A stretch of DNA of 64,000 bases. Origin: Candidatus Sericytochromatia bacterium S15B-MN24 CBMW_12 (GTDB lineage: Bacteria > Cyanobacteriota > Sericytochromatia > S15B-MN24 > UBA4093). The translations under genes were made by a program, and so were the position numbers. The notes under the pieces are model-generated. The model was not told where the DNA came from. It did no database searches and worked only from the letters and a program-made list of their open reading frames with translations. Every line of letters starts with the position of its first letter. Position 1 is the stretch's first letter. The stretch is taken from NCBI GenBank assembly GCA_002083825.1, contig DAZV01000036.1, positions 103,934 to 167,933 on the forward strand, given 5' to 3'. This document shows, piece after piece, positions 30,133 to 39,928 of this stretch.

Positions 30133-31428
30133 CTAGCTCGCCTTATTAGGCTCGGGGGACTTGACCCCGAAGTACGACGTTTGGTTGATGGCCTTGTTGC
30201 TCAGGATCTGGAAGAGCAAGACGCGGGTGACCGTGATGGCGGTGAACATCGAAATGATGACGCCGAGCGCCAAGGTCAGGGCGAATCCTCTAACGAGGCC
30301 GGTACCGAAGATGTAAAGGATGACGCAGGTGAGTACGGTGGTCGAGTTCGAGTCGAAGATGGCCGTGAAGGCCCGCTTGAAGCCGATTTCGATGGCGGAG
30401 TAGAGGCTGCGTCCGCGCCGGAGTTCTTCCTTGGTCCGCTCGAAGATCAGGACGTTGGCGTCGACCGCCATGCCGATCGAGAGGATGAAGCCCGCGATAC
30501 CGGGAACGGTGAGGGTGACCGGGATCAGGTGGAAGATGGCGAGGAGGAGGACGGTGTAGATGCCGAGCGCGATGCTGGCCACCAGGCCCGGGAGGCGGTA
30601 GTAGCCGATCATGTAGAGGACGACGAGGGCGAAGCCGACGATGCCCGCGCGAACCGCGCCCTGAACGGTGTCGGAACCCAAGGTGGGGCCGACGGTACGA
30701 TTCTCGATCTCTTCGAGGGGGACGGGAAGCGCGCCGGCATTGAGCTGAACGGCGACGTCCTGGGCTTCTTTTGCCGCGAAGTTCCCCGAGATGACGGCAT
30801 CGCCGCTGAGAATGGGTTCGTTGACGTTGGGGGCCGAGATGACCTTGTCGTCGAGGACCATCGCGACGGGCTTGCCGACGTTCCGGGAGGTGATCTCACC
30901 GAAGAGCTTGGCTCCTTGAGGATCGAACTGGAGGGTGACGACCCATCCGCCCCCCATGCCGGGATTGGGCTCGGCCTTGGCAGATTTCAGCATGGAACCG
31001 TCGAGACCGGTGTCGACCCAGGTGGGCATTGCCGGCGCGCCGGCCTGAGCTGCCTGTGGGGCTTGCGGGGCCGCAGTACCCTGCTCCTGGAACTTGAGGT
31101 GGGCGGTCTTGCCGATCATGGCGCGGGCACGGTCGGGATCGGCGATGCCGGGGAGCTCGACGACGATCTGGCGATCGCCCTTCTTCTGAATAACCGGCTC
31201 GGCCACGCCGAGACCGTCGACGCGGTTGCGGACCACCGAAATGATGCTCTGCATCACCTCGGGGGTCACCATGACCTTCTCGGTATCCTTGGCTTCAAGC
31301 ACGACTTGCATGCCGCCGCTGATGTCCAGGCCCAGCTTCGTGGGGAAGCGCTTTTGATCCTGGAGCACATAAAGAGAACCGAGCGTCAGGAGGACCACGA
31401 CGAGGAGCATGATTTTCCTAGGGGTCAA
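30133..31428 (-). CDS. secD: protein translocase subunit SecD
   Basis: Contains LGLDISGG..., a large periplasmic domain and a C-terminal 6-TM SecD/F domain. Start placed at TTG 31428, 7 nt after AGGAGG (MTPRKIMLLVVV). Confidence 0.9.
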   Translation of the reverse strand: MTPRKIMLLVVVLLTLGSLYVLQDQKRFPTKLGLDISGGMQVVLEAKDTEKVMVTPEVMQSIISVVRNRVDGLGVAEPVIQKKGDRQIVVELPGIADPDRARAMIGKTAHLKFQEQGTAAPQAPQAAQAGAPAMPTWVDTGLDGSMLKSAKAEPNPGMGGGWVVTLQFDPQGAKLFGEITSRNVGKPVAMVLDDKVISAPNVNEPILSGDAVISGNFAAKEAQDVAVQLNAGALPVPLEEIENRTVGPTLGSDTVQGAVRAGIVGFALVVLYMIGYYRLPGLVASIALGIYTVLLLAIFHLIPVTLTVPGIAGFILSIGMAVDANVLIFERTKEELRRGRSLYSAIEIGFKRAFTAIFDSNSTTVLTCVILYIFGTGLVRGFALTLALGVIISMFTAITVTRVLLFQILSNKAINQTSYFGVKSPEPNKAS

Positions 31429-31587
31429 GAGATCGCCTCCTACTGCGTGTTGCCCCGTTGACCGTGGGCGGGAGTTCACGCCCGGAGAGCGCCAGAGGGG
31501 CCTCAAATCCGGGCTCGAGATGTGGCCCTCCTCAGCACGCCATCCGGGGGTTAAGCCCCGGATAACATTGCTTTTTGGGCCTTCGAC

Positions 31588-31616
31588 AGTATAGGGAGTG
31601 GCTTGGGTGATGTCAA
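31588..31616 (-). promoter_or_regulatory. putative secDF promoter (TTGACA-17-TATACT)
   Basis: On the minus strand, consensus TTGACA lies at 31616-31611, followed by a 17-nt spacer and TATACT at 31593-31588, about 160 nt upstream of the secD start. Confidence 0.5.
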
Positions 31617-31784
31617 ATACGACCCCGCCCGCGCTCCAGGCCTATCTTCGGCCCGCCATGCCGGTTTCCATCAGCATCGCGACAGCCGAAGCTCGTAGCC
31701 ACCCACGTAACGGCTAGCCAAGCCTTTCCGGTTTCGCTACAATGACCCGGTCCCCCTTCGGCCGCCGCGTACAGGAACCTTCCG

Positions 31785-32549
31785 TTGCTCAAGCTCCTCC
31801 GGATACTCTTGGTTACCAGCCTTACGGCCTTCGGCGCCTTCATCGTGCTGCCGCTACCATTCGTGGTCTGGGGCCACGTCGCGCTGCCGGGAGCCTCTGA
31901 AATCGCCTCCTGGAAAGGCCTATCGGCGGGATTGTTCCATCCTTCGGCCCAACTGCTGGGAGTATGGCTTGCTGGATGCTGGCTGGGTACGCGAGCAGGC
32001 GTTTTCAGCATGGTGCTTTACCTCGCATTGGGAGCCTTCGGCCTGCCCGTCTTCATCGACGGCGGCGGAATCGATTACGGTCAGCACGGCGCGGTGATCC
32101 CGCTCCTCGCATTTCCCGCGGCCGCCTGGATAATCGCCCGCATCCGCGGGCTGGGGAGCGCCAGGCGAACCTTCTGGGGCCTGCTTTCCGCAACCACCAT
32201 GATTTCCCTGGGAGCCGTCCTCAATCGCATGGCGGGAACCGGAAACTGGACTGACGGACGACAGTGGCTCAGCTTCGCCATCCCGCAGAGCCAGGCGCTA
32301 TTCGGCTGGCTCGCCATGATGGTCCTGTTCTCGGCCTTGGCGTCCCTGGCGACCCGGGTTCATCGTGCCTGGTACCCGCCTGCGCCGCCCACCATGCCGG
32401 CGATCGAAACCGAAGAGGACGCCGAGGAACTCCCCCCGCTGGCGCTTCCGTCGGGACGGCCGCGCGACCAGCGCGCCCTGCCGCCGTCGCTCGCGCCCGA
32501 TGCCAAGCAACTGCCGGCACCACCCCATCCGCGCCATCCCGATCGATAA
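31785..32549 (+). CDS. BioY-like membrane protein with Pro-rich C-terminal extension
   Basis: QLLGVWLAGCWLGTRAGVFSMVLYLALGAFGLPVF resembles the BioY core. TTG start after AGGAA. The C-terminal ~70 aa are Pro/Ala-rich. Confidence 0.5.
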   Translation: MLKLLRILLVTSLTAFGAFIVLPLPFVVWGHVALPGASEIASWKGLSAGLFHPSAQLLGVWLAGCWLGTRAGVFSMVLYLALGAFGLPVFIDGGGIDYGQHGAVIPLLAFPAAAWIIARIRGLGSARRTFWGLLSATTMISLGAVLNRMAGTGNWTDGRQWLSFAIPQSQALFGWLAMMVLFSALASLATRVHRAWYPPAPPTMPAIETEEDAEELPPLALPSGRPRDQRALPPSLAPDAKQLPAPPHPRHPDR

Positions 32550-32680
32550 TCAAGGCCTACCGATGCCGCCCCGCTCCGGACCCTGCGCGCGGCGCAAGCC
32601 AGCCCTGAAAGCGTTGCGGGGTCCCAGGGCAATACGTCGCATCAAGACAGCGAGAGAGGTAAATACAGAAACAGCGGGCG

Positions 32681-33565
32681 CTAGCTCAGGGTGTTGGCCA
32701 GGGTGGCGAATTCCGCGATACTGAGGGTTTCCCCGCGCCGCGTCATGCTGATGCCGGTAGCGGCCTCGGCCTCGTGAAGCCGATCTTTTTCGAAGGACAT
32801 CGAGAGGGCGTTCAGCAACGTCTTGCGGCGCTGGTTGAAAGCCGCGCGGACCACCCGGAAGAAGACGCGAGGGTCCTGGACATCGACGAGAGGCACCTGG
32901 CGCGGGCGAATGCGGATCACCTTGGAATCCACCTTGGGAGCCGGTTTGAACGCGGTGCGCGGCACCTTGACGACGGTTTCCACGGTGGCGGCGTACTGGA
33001 CCAGGACGGTGATGGAGCCGTAATCCTTGGTGCCGGGCCTGGCGTTGAGGCGATTGGCCACTTCGGCCTGGACCATGATCAGGATGTCCGAGACGCGGCC
33101 CGTGAGCTCCGCGAAGGGCTTGCTGCTGAGCTCCTGCTCGTGGAGCAGCTTCAGCAAGATGGGGGTGGTGATGTAGTAGGGAATGTTGGCGACCACCTTG
33201 GTGCCGGTTTCGGGAAGACCGAGGTCCTCCCATGAGACCTTGAGGAAGTCGCCCCAGACGAGCTGAAGCTGTGGAAACTCGCGGGCGAGAGGTTCCAGGA
33301 CGGGGACGAGGTCCCGGTCGAGTTCGACGGCAACGACCTGGCCGGCACGGCGCACGAGTTCGCGGGTGAGGACGCCCTGGCCGGGGCCGATTTCGAGGAC
33401 GCGGTCCTCCGGCTCGAGATCGGCGGCTTCCAGGATGGCCTGCAGAATCAGGCGATCCTCGAGGAAGTTCTGTCCGAGGCGCTTCTTGGTGCGAAACTTG
33501 TTCGTGGAGCTCTTGGCACCGGAGGGCCTCGTGGTGGGGCCCTTGGGCCCAGGGAACTGGCTCAT
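32681..33565 (-). CDS. rsmA: 16S rRNA (adenine1518/1519-N6)-dimethyltransferase
   Basis: Contains LGQNFL, SAM-binding VLEIGPGQGVLT and NIPYYITTPIL. Confidence 0.9.
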   Translation of the reverse strand: MSQFPGPKGPTTRPSGAKSSTNKFRTKKRLGQNFLEDRLILQAILEAADLEPEDRVLEIGPGQGVLTRELVRRAGQVVAVELDRDLVPVLEPLAREFPQLQLVWGDFLKVSWEDLGLPETGTKVVANIPYYITTPILLKLLHEQELSSKPFAELTGRVSDILIMVQAEVANRLNARPGTKDYGSITVLVQYAATVETVVKVPRTAFKPAPKVDSKVIRIRPRQVPLVDVQDPRVFFRVVRAAFNQRRKTLLNALSMSFEKDRLHEAEAATGISMTRRGETLSIAEFATLANTLS

Positions 33566-34197
33566 TTACGCTCCATGCGGGGTTCAGTGCCTTCGCGCAG
33601 GCGCCGGATGTTCTCCCGGTGGCGCGCGACGACGTAAAGGGAAACGACCAACGAAAAGGCCACGACTTCCAGCGATTGCCGCGTGAGCAGCATCAAGACG
33701 GGAAGGGCGAGGGCGGCGGCGATTGAGGCCAAGGAAACGAGGCGGCTGAGCAGAAAGACGGCCGCCCAGACGGCCAACGCCCCCAGGCCCGCCAAGGGAG
33801 CCAACGCGACGAGGGCACCCGCCCCGGTCGCGACGGACTTACCCCCTTTGAATCCAAGGAACAAGGACTTGCTGTGGCCGAGAATGGCGGCCGCGGCGGC
33901 GAGCAGGACTCCCCAGAGCGGTAGCGCGAGCAAAAGCGACGCCACCACGGGCAATACCCCCTTGAAAAAGTCCAAAACAAAGCACCCAAGGCCCGGTCCT
34001 CGCCCCAGCACCCGGACGACGTTGGTGGCTCCGACGTTTCCGCTGCCATGCTGCCGGATGTCGAGGCCGTGGAGCTTCCCGATGAGGAGGGCGAAGGGCA
34101 CCGATCCCAGCAGGTAGGCTGCGGCCGCGAGACCCAGGACCTCCAAAAGGAGGGCCAAGGGTCCGAGCGACGGGGCAATGGATTGGACGGAGCCCAT
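33562..34197 (-). CDS. plsY: glycerol-3-phosphate acyltransferase PlsY
   Basis: Contains GSGNVGATNV and FKGGKSVATG motifs and is polytopic. ATGA overlap with rsmA. Confidence 0.88.
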   Translation of the reverse strand: MGSVQSIAPSLGPLALLLEVLGLAAAAYLLGSVPFALLIGKLHGLDIRQHGSGNVGATNVVRVLGRGPGLGCFVLDFFKGVLPVVASLLLALPLWGVLLAAAAAILGHSKSLFLGFKGGKSVATGAGALVALAPLAGLGALAVWAAVFLLSRLVSLASIAAALALPVLMLLTRQSLEVVAFSLVVSLYVVARHRENIRRLREGTEPRMERK

Positions 34198-34200
34198 GAA

Positions 34201-35526
34201 CTAGCCGCGTTCCCGGCGGGGGCGGAAGAGCAGGCGGATGGGGGTGCCTTCGAAGCCGAAGGCCTCGCGGATCTTGTTTTCGAGGTAGCGGCGATAGTGG
34301 TCGCTGACGAGTTCGGGTTCGTTGCAGGACATGGCGATGGTCGGGGGGTTGGTGCGAATCTGGGCGGAGTAGTAGATTCGCAGGCGGCGACCCTTGACCG
34401 AAGGGGGCGGGGTGAGGGCGAGAGCCTCGGTGATCACCTCGTTGAGGACGCCGGTGGTGACGCGGCGGGCGTTGGACTCAGCGGCCTGGACGGCGGATTC
34501 GAGGACCTGGGTGATTCGCTGGCCGGTCTTGGCCGAGACGAAGATGACGGGTGCCCAGCGGACGTAGTAGAGGTCGTCGAGGACCTGTTTGCGGTAGGTG
34601 GCCATGGTGTGGGTATCCTTGGGCAGGAGGTCCCACTTGTTGACGGCGATCACGACCGCCTTACCCGAGTCCTCGGCCATGCCGGCGATGCGCTGATCCT
34701 GTTCGGTGACGCCGTCGACGGCATCGATCAGGATGACGGCGACGTCTGCGCGGTCCAGGGCCTTGAGCGAGCGGACGACCGAAAAGCCCTCGACCCCGAA
34801 GCCCACCTTGCTCTTGCGCCGGATGCCGGCGGTATCGACGAGCAAGAATTCTCGGCCTTCCCAGGTGAGGTGGGTATCGATGGCGTCGCGGGTGGTTCCG
34901 GAGACCTCCGAGACGATCATGCGTTCCTCGCCGAGCAGGGCGTTGGTGAGGGAGGATTTGCCGACGTTGGGACGGCCGACGAAGGCTATCTTCAGCTCGG
35001 TTTCCGTGCCCTCGTCCTCGGTCTTGGGGGGGAAGGTCTTGACGATGACGTCGAGGAGGTCGCCCACGCCGTGACCGTGCATGGAGGAGATAGGATGGGG
35101 TTCGCCGATGCCGAGTTCATAGAACTCGAAGGCCTTGGGGTCGTCCTCGACCTTGTCGAGTTTGTTGACGGCGATGAGCACGGGCTTCTTGGTGGTGCGG
35201 AGGCGGTTGGCGATATCCTCGTCCACGGGGGTGACTCCCACGGAGCCGTCGGTGACGAAGATAATGAGATCGGCTTCCTCCATGGCGGCGAGGGCCTGTT
35301 TCTCGACGGACTTGAGAAGCTCCTCGTCGGACCCGGGCACGATGCCCCCGGTGTCGATGACGATGAAGTCTCGACCGTTCCAGTCGGAACGGAGGTAGAG
35401 ACGGTCCCGGGTGACTCCGGGTTGATCGAAGACGATGGCCTCGCGGGATCCCACCAGGCGGTTGATGAAGGTCGATTTGCCGACGTTGGGACGCCCAACG
35501 ATAGCGACGACCGGAAGGTTCTTCAT
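34201..35526 (-). CDS. der: ribosome biogenesis GTPase Der (EngA)
   Basis: Two tandem G-domains, each with GRPNVGKS, DTGG/DTAG and NKxD, plus a KH-like C-terminus. Confidence 0.93.
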   Translation of the reverse strand: MKNLPVVAIVGRPNVGKSTFINRLVGSREAIVFDQPGVTRDRLYLRSDWNGRDFIVIDTGGIVPGSDEELLKSVEKQALAAMEEADLIIFVTDGSVGVTPVDEDIANRLRTTKKPVLIAVNKLDKVEDDPKAFEFYELGIGEPHPISSMHGHGVGDLLDVIVKTFPPKTEDEGTETELKIAFVGRPNVGKSSLTNALLGEERMIVSEVSGTTRDAIDTHLTWEGREFLLVDTAGIRRKSKVGFGVEGFSVVRSLKALDRADVAVILIDAVDGVTEQDQRIAGMAEDSGKAVVIAVNKWDLLPKDTHTMATYRKQVLDDLYYVRWAPVIFVSAKTGQRITQVLESAVQAAESNARRVTTGVLNEVITEALALTPPPSVKGRRLRIYYSAQIRTNPPTIAMSCNEPELVSDHYRRYLENKIREAFGFEGTPIRLLFRPRRERG

Positions 35527-36314
35527 TGGATGACCTCAAAGGGTTCGAGCTCGGAAAAGCCCGAGATTGGGATGGATGCGGGAAGATGGGGCCGAAGGGC
35601 TTCGACGAGGAAGTCGACGACGGGTTGCTCGGTTGCCTGGTGCCCTGCCTCGATGACGGCCAGGCCGCGATCCAGGCAGTCGAGGGCCGTATGATAGCGC
35701 AGCTCTCCGGTGATGAAACACTCGACCCCCTGGGCCAGTGCGTCATCGACGAGGTCGCCGCCCGAGCCGGAGCAGATGGCAATCCGACGAACCCTACGCG
35801 CGGAGTCGCCGACCAGCCTCAGGCTTCGAGGGGAAATAGCCTGCTTGACGCGGTCGAGGATTTCGGAAACCGCCATGCTTTCAGGCAGCTCCCCCCAGAG
35901 GCCGATGCCGAACGGCGTGCCTGCCGGATCATGGCCCATCACCGAGAGGGGGCGATCCAGGGGGAACCCGAGGAGCCGAGAGAGGTGGTGGTTGCAGGCC
36001 ACGACGTCCAGGTTGGTATGCGCCGCGTAGACGGTAATGCCGTTCTTAATGGCGAGGGCGGCGCTACGACCGGGATCGGTCCGGGTGTCGAGAACCTTGA
36101 CGGCCTTGAACAGCAGGGGATGATGGGTCACGAGCAGATTGGCACCGCGGGCGATCGCTGTCTGCAGGGCCAGACGCGAAGGATTGACGGCGACCAGGAC
36201 GCCCGTGAGCGTCTCGTCGGGCGATCCCACTTGGAGACCGCAGTTGTCCCAGTTGGCGGCGCGCGTCAAGGGCGCAAGGGCCTCGATAGGGGCCAAGAGG
36301 TCGTGAATGTACAT
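35523..36314 (-). CDS. Nif3-like dinuclear metal centre protein
   Basis: Starts MYIHDLLAPIEALAPLTRAANWDNCGLQVG ... LLVTHHPLLFK, the typical Nif3/YbgI family pattern. Confidence 0.85.
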   Translation of the reverse strand: MYIHDLLAPIEALAPLTRAANWDNCGLQVGSPDETLTGVLVAVNPSRLALQTAIARGANLLVTHHPLLFKAVKVLDTRTDPGRSAALAIKNGITVYAAHTNLDVVACNHHLSRLLGFPLDRPLSVMGHDPAGTPFGIGLWGELPESMAVSEILDRVKQAISPRSLRLVGDSARRVRRIAICSGSGGDLVDDALAQGVECFITGELRYHTALDCLDRGLAVIEAGHQATEQPVVDFLVEALRPHLPASIPISGFSELEPFEVIQ

Positions 36315-36438
36315 GCAATGAGGGTCCGAGCTAGGCGGGGATACTCACGCATGATAGCACATGCCCCCAGACCCGATCGAACGCGCCGAAACGACCCCGG
36401 TTCCAGCGCCATACAAGGGCTGAATTCCCGGAGAGTCG

Positions 36439-36447
36439 TGTTATAAT
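36439..36447 (+). promoter_or_regulatory. extended -10 element TGtTATAAT upstream of lysA
   Basis: gTGtTATAAT reads directly at 36438-36447, about 115 nt upstream of the lysA ATG. Confidence 0.45.
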
Positions 36448-36562
36448 GAGATAACGTTTCGCCGCTCAGCGTTTCAGCCGTCGTCCGTCGCGAACCCCTT
36501 GCGCTGGGCCGGATTGCTGATGGGGCGGGTTCCCGTCGCTTCGCCCCGCCTGAGGTCTCCGG

Positions 36563-37909
36563 ATGCCCCTTTCCAAAACCGCCCTGAACCAGGTGATTCG
36601 CCCGGTGACCGCCCGCGTCAACCCGCTGGGGAACTGGGACATCGGTTCATGCGACCTCGCGGAGCTCGTGAAAACTTATGGATCGCCGCTCTACGTCCTT
36701 GACGAAGCCAGCATCCAGTCAGCATGCCGGGCCTACCTCCAGGCCCTCCGGGAACACTACCCCGGCCCCTCCGAGGTCCTGTATGCCAGTAAGGCACTCT
36801 GCAACCTTGCCGTGAACCGTCTGATCCACGAAGAAGGCCTCACTACCGAGGTGGTCTCCGGCGGTGAACTCTTCACCGTCCTCAAGGCCGGCATCCCCGC
36901 CGAGTCCGTCACCTTCCAGGGCAACAACAAGAGCTTCGAAGAACTGCGCTACGCTCTGAAAGAAGGCGTCGGCCGCTTCGTCGTCGATAACCTCGACGAA
37001 CTCGACTTGCTCTCCACCCTCGCCGAGGAAATCGGCATCAGCCCCAACGTCATGCTGAGGGTCGCCCCCGGCATCGAGGCGCACACCCACGCCTTCATCC
37101 GAACCGGCGAAATCGACTCCAAGTTCGGCCTCGACCTTCCCAGCCAACTCGACGAGGCCATCCGGCGGATTAGCCGACGCCCGCTCCTGCGCTTCCTCGG
37201 CCTCCATGCCCACGTCGGCTCCCAGATCTTCGACGTCGAACCCTTCGTCGCCACCGTCGAGGTCCTCCTGGACCTCTGTGCCAAGCTCGAACGCGATTAC
37301 GGCCTCCCGGTCGCGGAACTCGACGTCGGCGGTGGACTCGGTATCGCCTACGAAGCCGGCGACGATCCTCCCAGCATCGACGCGGCCATCGAGGCCATCT
37401 CCCTCGCGATGATCCGCGGAACCTCTCAGCGCGGCCTTTCGCTCCCCAAGCTCATCGTCGAACCGGGGCGCTCCATCGTGGGGACCGCCGGAGCCACCGT
37501 CTACACGGTCGGTTCCCGCAAGGCCATCCCGGAGGTTCGTACCTACGTCGCCGTCGACGGCGGCATGCCCGACAATCCCCGGGTCGTCACCTACGGAGCC
37601 CGCTATTCCGTCGATCGCGTCGCCGCCGGCGATAACGAGGAACTCGTCACCCTAGCCGGCAAGTGCTGCGAATCCGGCGACATCCTGATCAAGGATATTC
37701 AGCTTCCCAAGCTGAAGGCCGGCGACCACCTGGTGGTTTGGGATACCGGCGCCTATTGCTTCTCGATGGCCTCCAACTACAACCGTCTCCCTCGTCCCGC
37801 CATGGTCCTGGTCGCCGAAGGCCACTCCGAGGTGATTCGCGAGCGCGAGACCTTCGCCGACATGGTGTCGCGCGATCGTCTCCCTAGCCGACTCGGAGGA
37901 CAGCGGTGA
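36563..37909 (+). CDS. lysA: diaminopimelate decarboxylase
   Basis: Fold-III PLP decarboxylase pattern: YASKALCN (PLP Lys), HAHVGSQ, GGGLGI, CESGD. Confidence 0.92.
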   Translation: MPLSKTALNQVIRPVTARVNPLGNWDIGSCDLAELVKTYGSPLYVLDEASIQSACRAYLQALREHYPGPSEVLYASKALCNLAVNRLIHEEGLTTEVVSGGELFTVLKAGIPAESVTFQGNNKSFEELRYALKEGVGRFVVDNLDELDLLSTLAEEIGISPNVMLRVAPGIEAHTHAFIRTGEIDSKFGLDLPSQLDEAIRRISRRPLLRFLGLHAHVGSQIFDVEPFVATVEVLLDLCAKLERDYGLPVAELDVGGGLGIAYEAGDDPPSIDAAIEAISLAMIRGTSQRGLSLPKLIVEPGRSIVGTAGATVYTVGSRKAIPEVRTYVAVDGGMPDNPRVVTYGARYSVDRVAAGDNEELVTLAGKCCESGDILIKDIQLPKLKAGDHLVVWDTGAYCFSMASNYNRLPRPAMVLVAEGHSEVIRERETFADMVSRDRLPSRLGGQR

Positions 37910-38754
37910 ACTACTGGCTGGAAGTCCTCCGTCAATTCGTCGAAAACCTCCGCTGGCAGGATCTTCTCGATATCCTGCTTGTTAGCTTCATCCTGTACCG
38001 CCTCTTCCTGCTGATCAAAGGAACGCGTGCCGTTCAGCTCCTACGCGGCATGCTGATGCTCCTCGTCGCCTACCTCGTGAGCCGAGCCCTGGGCCTCAAT
38101 ACCATTACATGGCTCGTTCAGAGCGCCGCCACCATGATCCTGGTCGCCATCCCGGTCGTCTTCCAACCCGAACTTCGGCGGGCGCTTTCCTTGCTCGGCC
38201 AGGGCGAGCTTTTCCGCGGCGAACTCTTCAACGGCAAGGCCCACGATCCGGCCAAGGTCATCGATGAGATCATTCTCGCCGCCCGCCAGCTGAGTTCCCG
38301 CAAGATCGGCGCCCTCATCATCCTGGAGCGGCAGACCGGCCTCCAGGAGTTCATCGAAACGGGAACCCCGCTCATGGCCCTGGTCAGCTCGGATCTTCTC
38401 ACCAGCATCTTCAACACCCAATCTCCCCTTCACGACGGAGCCATCATCATCCGAGGCGACCGAATCGCCGCCGCCGGCGCCCTCTTGCCCCTTTCCGAGA
38501 GCTTTCGTCGGACCCAGAAGCGTCCCATCGGGACGCGCCACCGCGCGGCCCTGGGCCTCACGGAAACCACCGACGCCATCGCCGTCGTCGTTTCCGAGGA
38601 GACCGGCATCATCTCCGTCGCCCACATGGGCCAGTTGCAGCGCCACCTCACCGAGGACGACCTCCGCGTCGTCCTGTCGGGCATGGTGCAGGCTCCCAAG
38701 TCCGGGACCATGAACCTCAACCTCAACAACCTCTTCATGTTCCGCAAATCGTGA
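37906..38754 (+). CDS. cdaA: diadenylate cyclase CdaA
   Basis: Three N-terminal TM helices plus a DAC domain (HDGAIIIRG, GTRHRAALG, VVSEETG). GTG start overlaps the lysA stop (GTGA). Confidence 0.9.
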   Translation: MNYWLEVLRQFVENLRWQDLLDILLVSFILYRLFLLIKGTRAVQLLRGMLMLLVAYLVSRALGLNTITWLVQSAATMILVAIPVVFQPELRRALSLLGQGELFRGELFNGKAHDPAKVIDEIILAARQLSSRKIGALIILERQTGLQEFIETGTPLMALVSSDLLTSIFNTQSPLHDGAIIIRGDRIAAAGALLPLSESFRRTQKRPIGTRHRAALGLTETTDAIAVVVSEETGIISVAHMGQLQRHLTEDDLRVVLSGMVQAPKSGTMNLNLNNLFMFRKS

Positions 38755-38758
38755 TTCC

Positions 38759-39136
38759 GTGATGACCAGGCCGTTGGCGATACGAGACGATAGTAACTCC
38801 GGCCTGCGCGTGATCGCCGTTCTCATGGCGATCGCCCTTTGGCTCTTCGTCGGCCCCTGGCAACGCATCGAAACCGGCGTGCGAAAGATCTCCCTCCCCA
38901 TCGAAGTCAAGAACCTGCGCGCCGACGATAGGGTCAAGCTCAATCCCGCCCGCGTCGAAGTCACCATCGAAGGCCCCCGAACGGCCATCGAACACCTGGA
39001 AGAAGGCCAACTCGAGGCGTTCGTCGACCTACGCCAGCAGACCGAAAACGAAACCCTGTTTCCGGTTCACGTCTCGGTCCCGCCCGGAGTCCGTTACCAG
39101 GTCATTCCTTCCGAAGTTCACGTCATCACCCCGTAG
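38759..39136 (+). CDS. YbbR-domain protein (short CdaR-like)
   Basis: N-terminal TM helix plus a single YbbR-like repeat (VEVTIEGPRTAIEHLEEGQLEAFVDL...). Only 125 aa. Confidence 0.55.
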   Translation: MMTRPLAIRDDSNSGLRVIAVLMAIALWLFVGPWQRIETGVRKISLPIEVKNLRADDRVKLNPARVEVTIEGPRTAIEHLEEGQLEAFVDLRQQTENETLFPVHVSVPPGVRYQVIPSEVHVITP

Positions 39137-39160
39137 CCGCCCCACCCTGTTGGAGTCGAG

Positions 39161-39928
39161 ATGTCATCTAAACTTAGTAAACTAGAGGAACTGCGCCGCT
39201 GGGACGGGCTCGATCGAACCCGCCTTCCCCGTCACGTGGCCGTGATCATGGACGGGAATCGCCGCTGGGCACTCGACCGACTCCTCCCCGGCAAACTCGG
39301 CCACAAGGCCGGAGTGGAAACCCTCCGCGAAACCGTTCGCTATTGCCTCGAATTGCCCATCCCCTACCTCACCGTCTACGCCTTCTCCACCGAGAATTGG
39401 TCGCGCTCCGACGAGGAAGTCACCTTCCTCTGGGACCTTTTCAGCGACGCCCTGACCAAGGAAGTAGACTCCCTCCATGCCAACGGCGTCCGCATGCGCT
39501 TCATCGGCCAGATCGACGAACTGGAACCCCGCCTTCAAGCGGCCATCGCCCGAGCCGAGGCCATCACCGCCGCCAACACGAAGCTCGTTCTCAACATCGC
39601 CCTCAACTACGGAGGCCGCCGCGAAATTCTCGAGATGGTCCGCCAGATCGCCGTCGAAGCCAAAGAGGGCTCGGTCGACCCCGCCACCCTCACCGAGGAC
39701 GACCTCACCCGCTACTTCTACACGGCCGGCCAGCCCGATCCCGATCTGCTGATCCGCACCAGCGGCGAAAACCGGATCAGCAACTACCTGCTCTGGCAAC
39801 TCGCCTACACCGAGATCTACGTCACCCCCACCTTCTGGCCCGACTTCCGTCGCGGCGACTTCCACGCCGCCATCCTGGACTACCAGGGCCGCCAGCGGCG
39901 CTACGGGGGACGCCCCGACAAAGCATGA
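39161..39928 (+). CDS. uppS: isoprenyl transferase (undecaprenyl diphosphate synthase)
   Basis: Contains HVAVIMDGNRRWA and IRTSGENRISNYLLWQ motifs. Confidence 0.92.
   Translation: MSSKLSKLEELRRWDGLDRTRLPRHVAVIMDGNRRWALDRLLPGKLGHKAGVETLRETVRYCLELPIPYLTVYAFSTENWSRSDEEVTFLWDLFSDALTKEVDSLHANGVRMRFIGQIDELEPRLQAAIARAEAITAANTKLVLNIALNYGGRREILEMVRQIAVEAKEGSVDPATLTEDDLTRYFYTAGQPDPDLLIRTSGENRISNYLLWQLAYTEIYVTPTFWPDFRRGDFHAAILDYQGRQRRYGGRPDKA

Noticed and set aside
31543-31566. Hairpin ATCCGGGG-gttaag-CCCCGGAT followed on the plus strand by a T-run, considered as a plus-strand terminator or sRNA end
   Set aside because: No plus-strand gene or promoter lies upstream. The hairpin falls inside the predicted 5' leader of secD on the minus strand, where it lacks a U-tract. 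It is probably just leader structure.
36448-36562. Lysine riboswitch (L-box) in the lysA leader
   Set aside because: The leader after the putative -10 is only about 115 nt, shorter than an L-box aptamer plus expression platform, and I see none of the conserved L-box junction sequences. A cmscan would settle it.
39343-39924. N-terminal 194-aa extension of the holA ORF (39343..40929)
   Set aside because: It overlaps uppS in a different frame and is Arg/Pro-rich. The recognisable HolA sequence starts at ATG 39925, which is coupled (ATGA) to the uppS stop.
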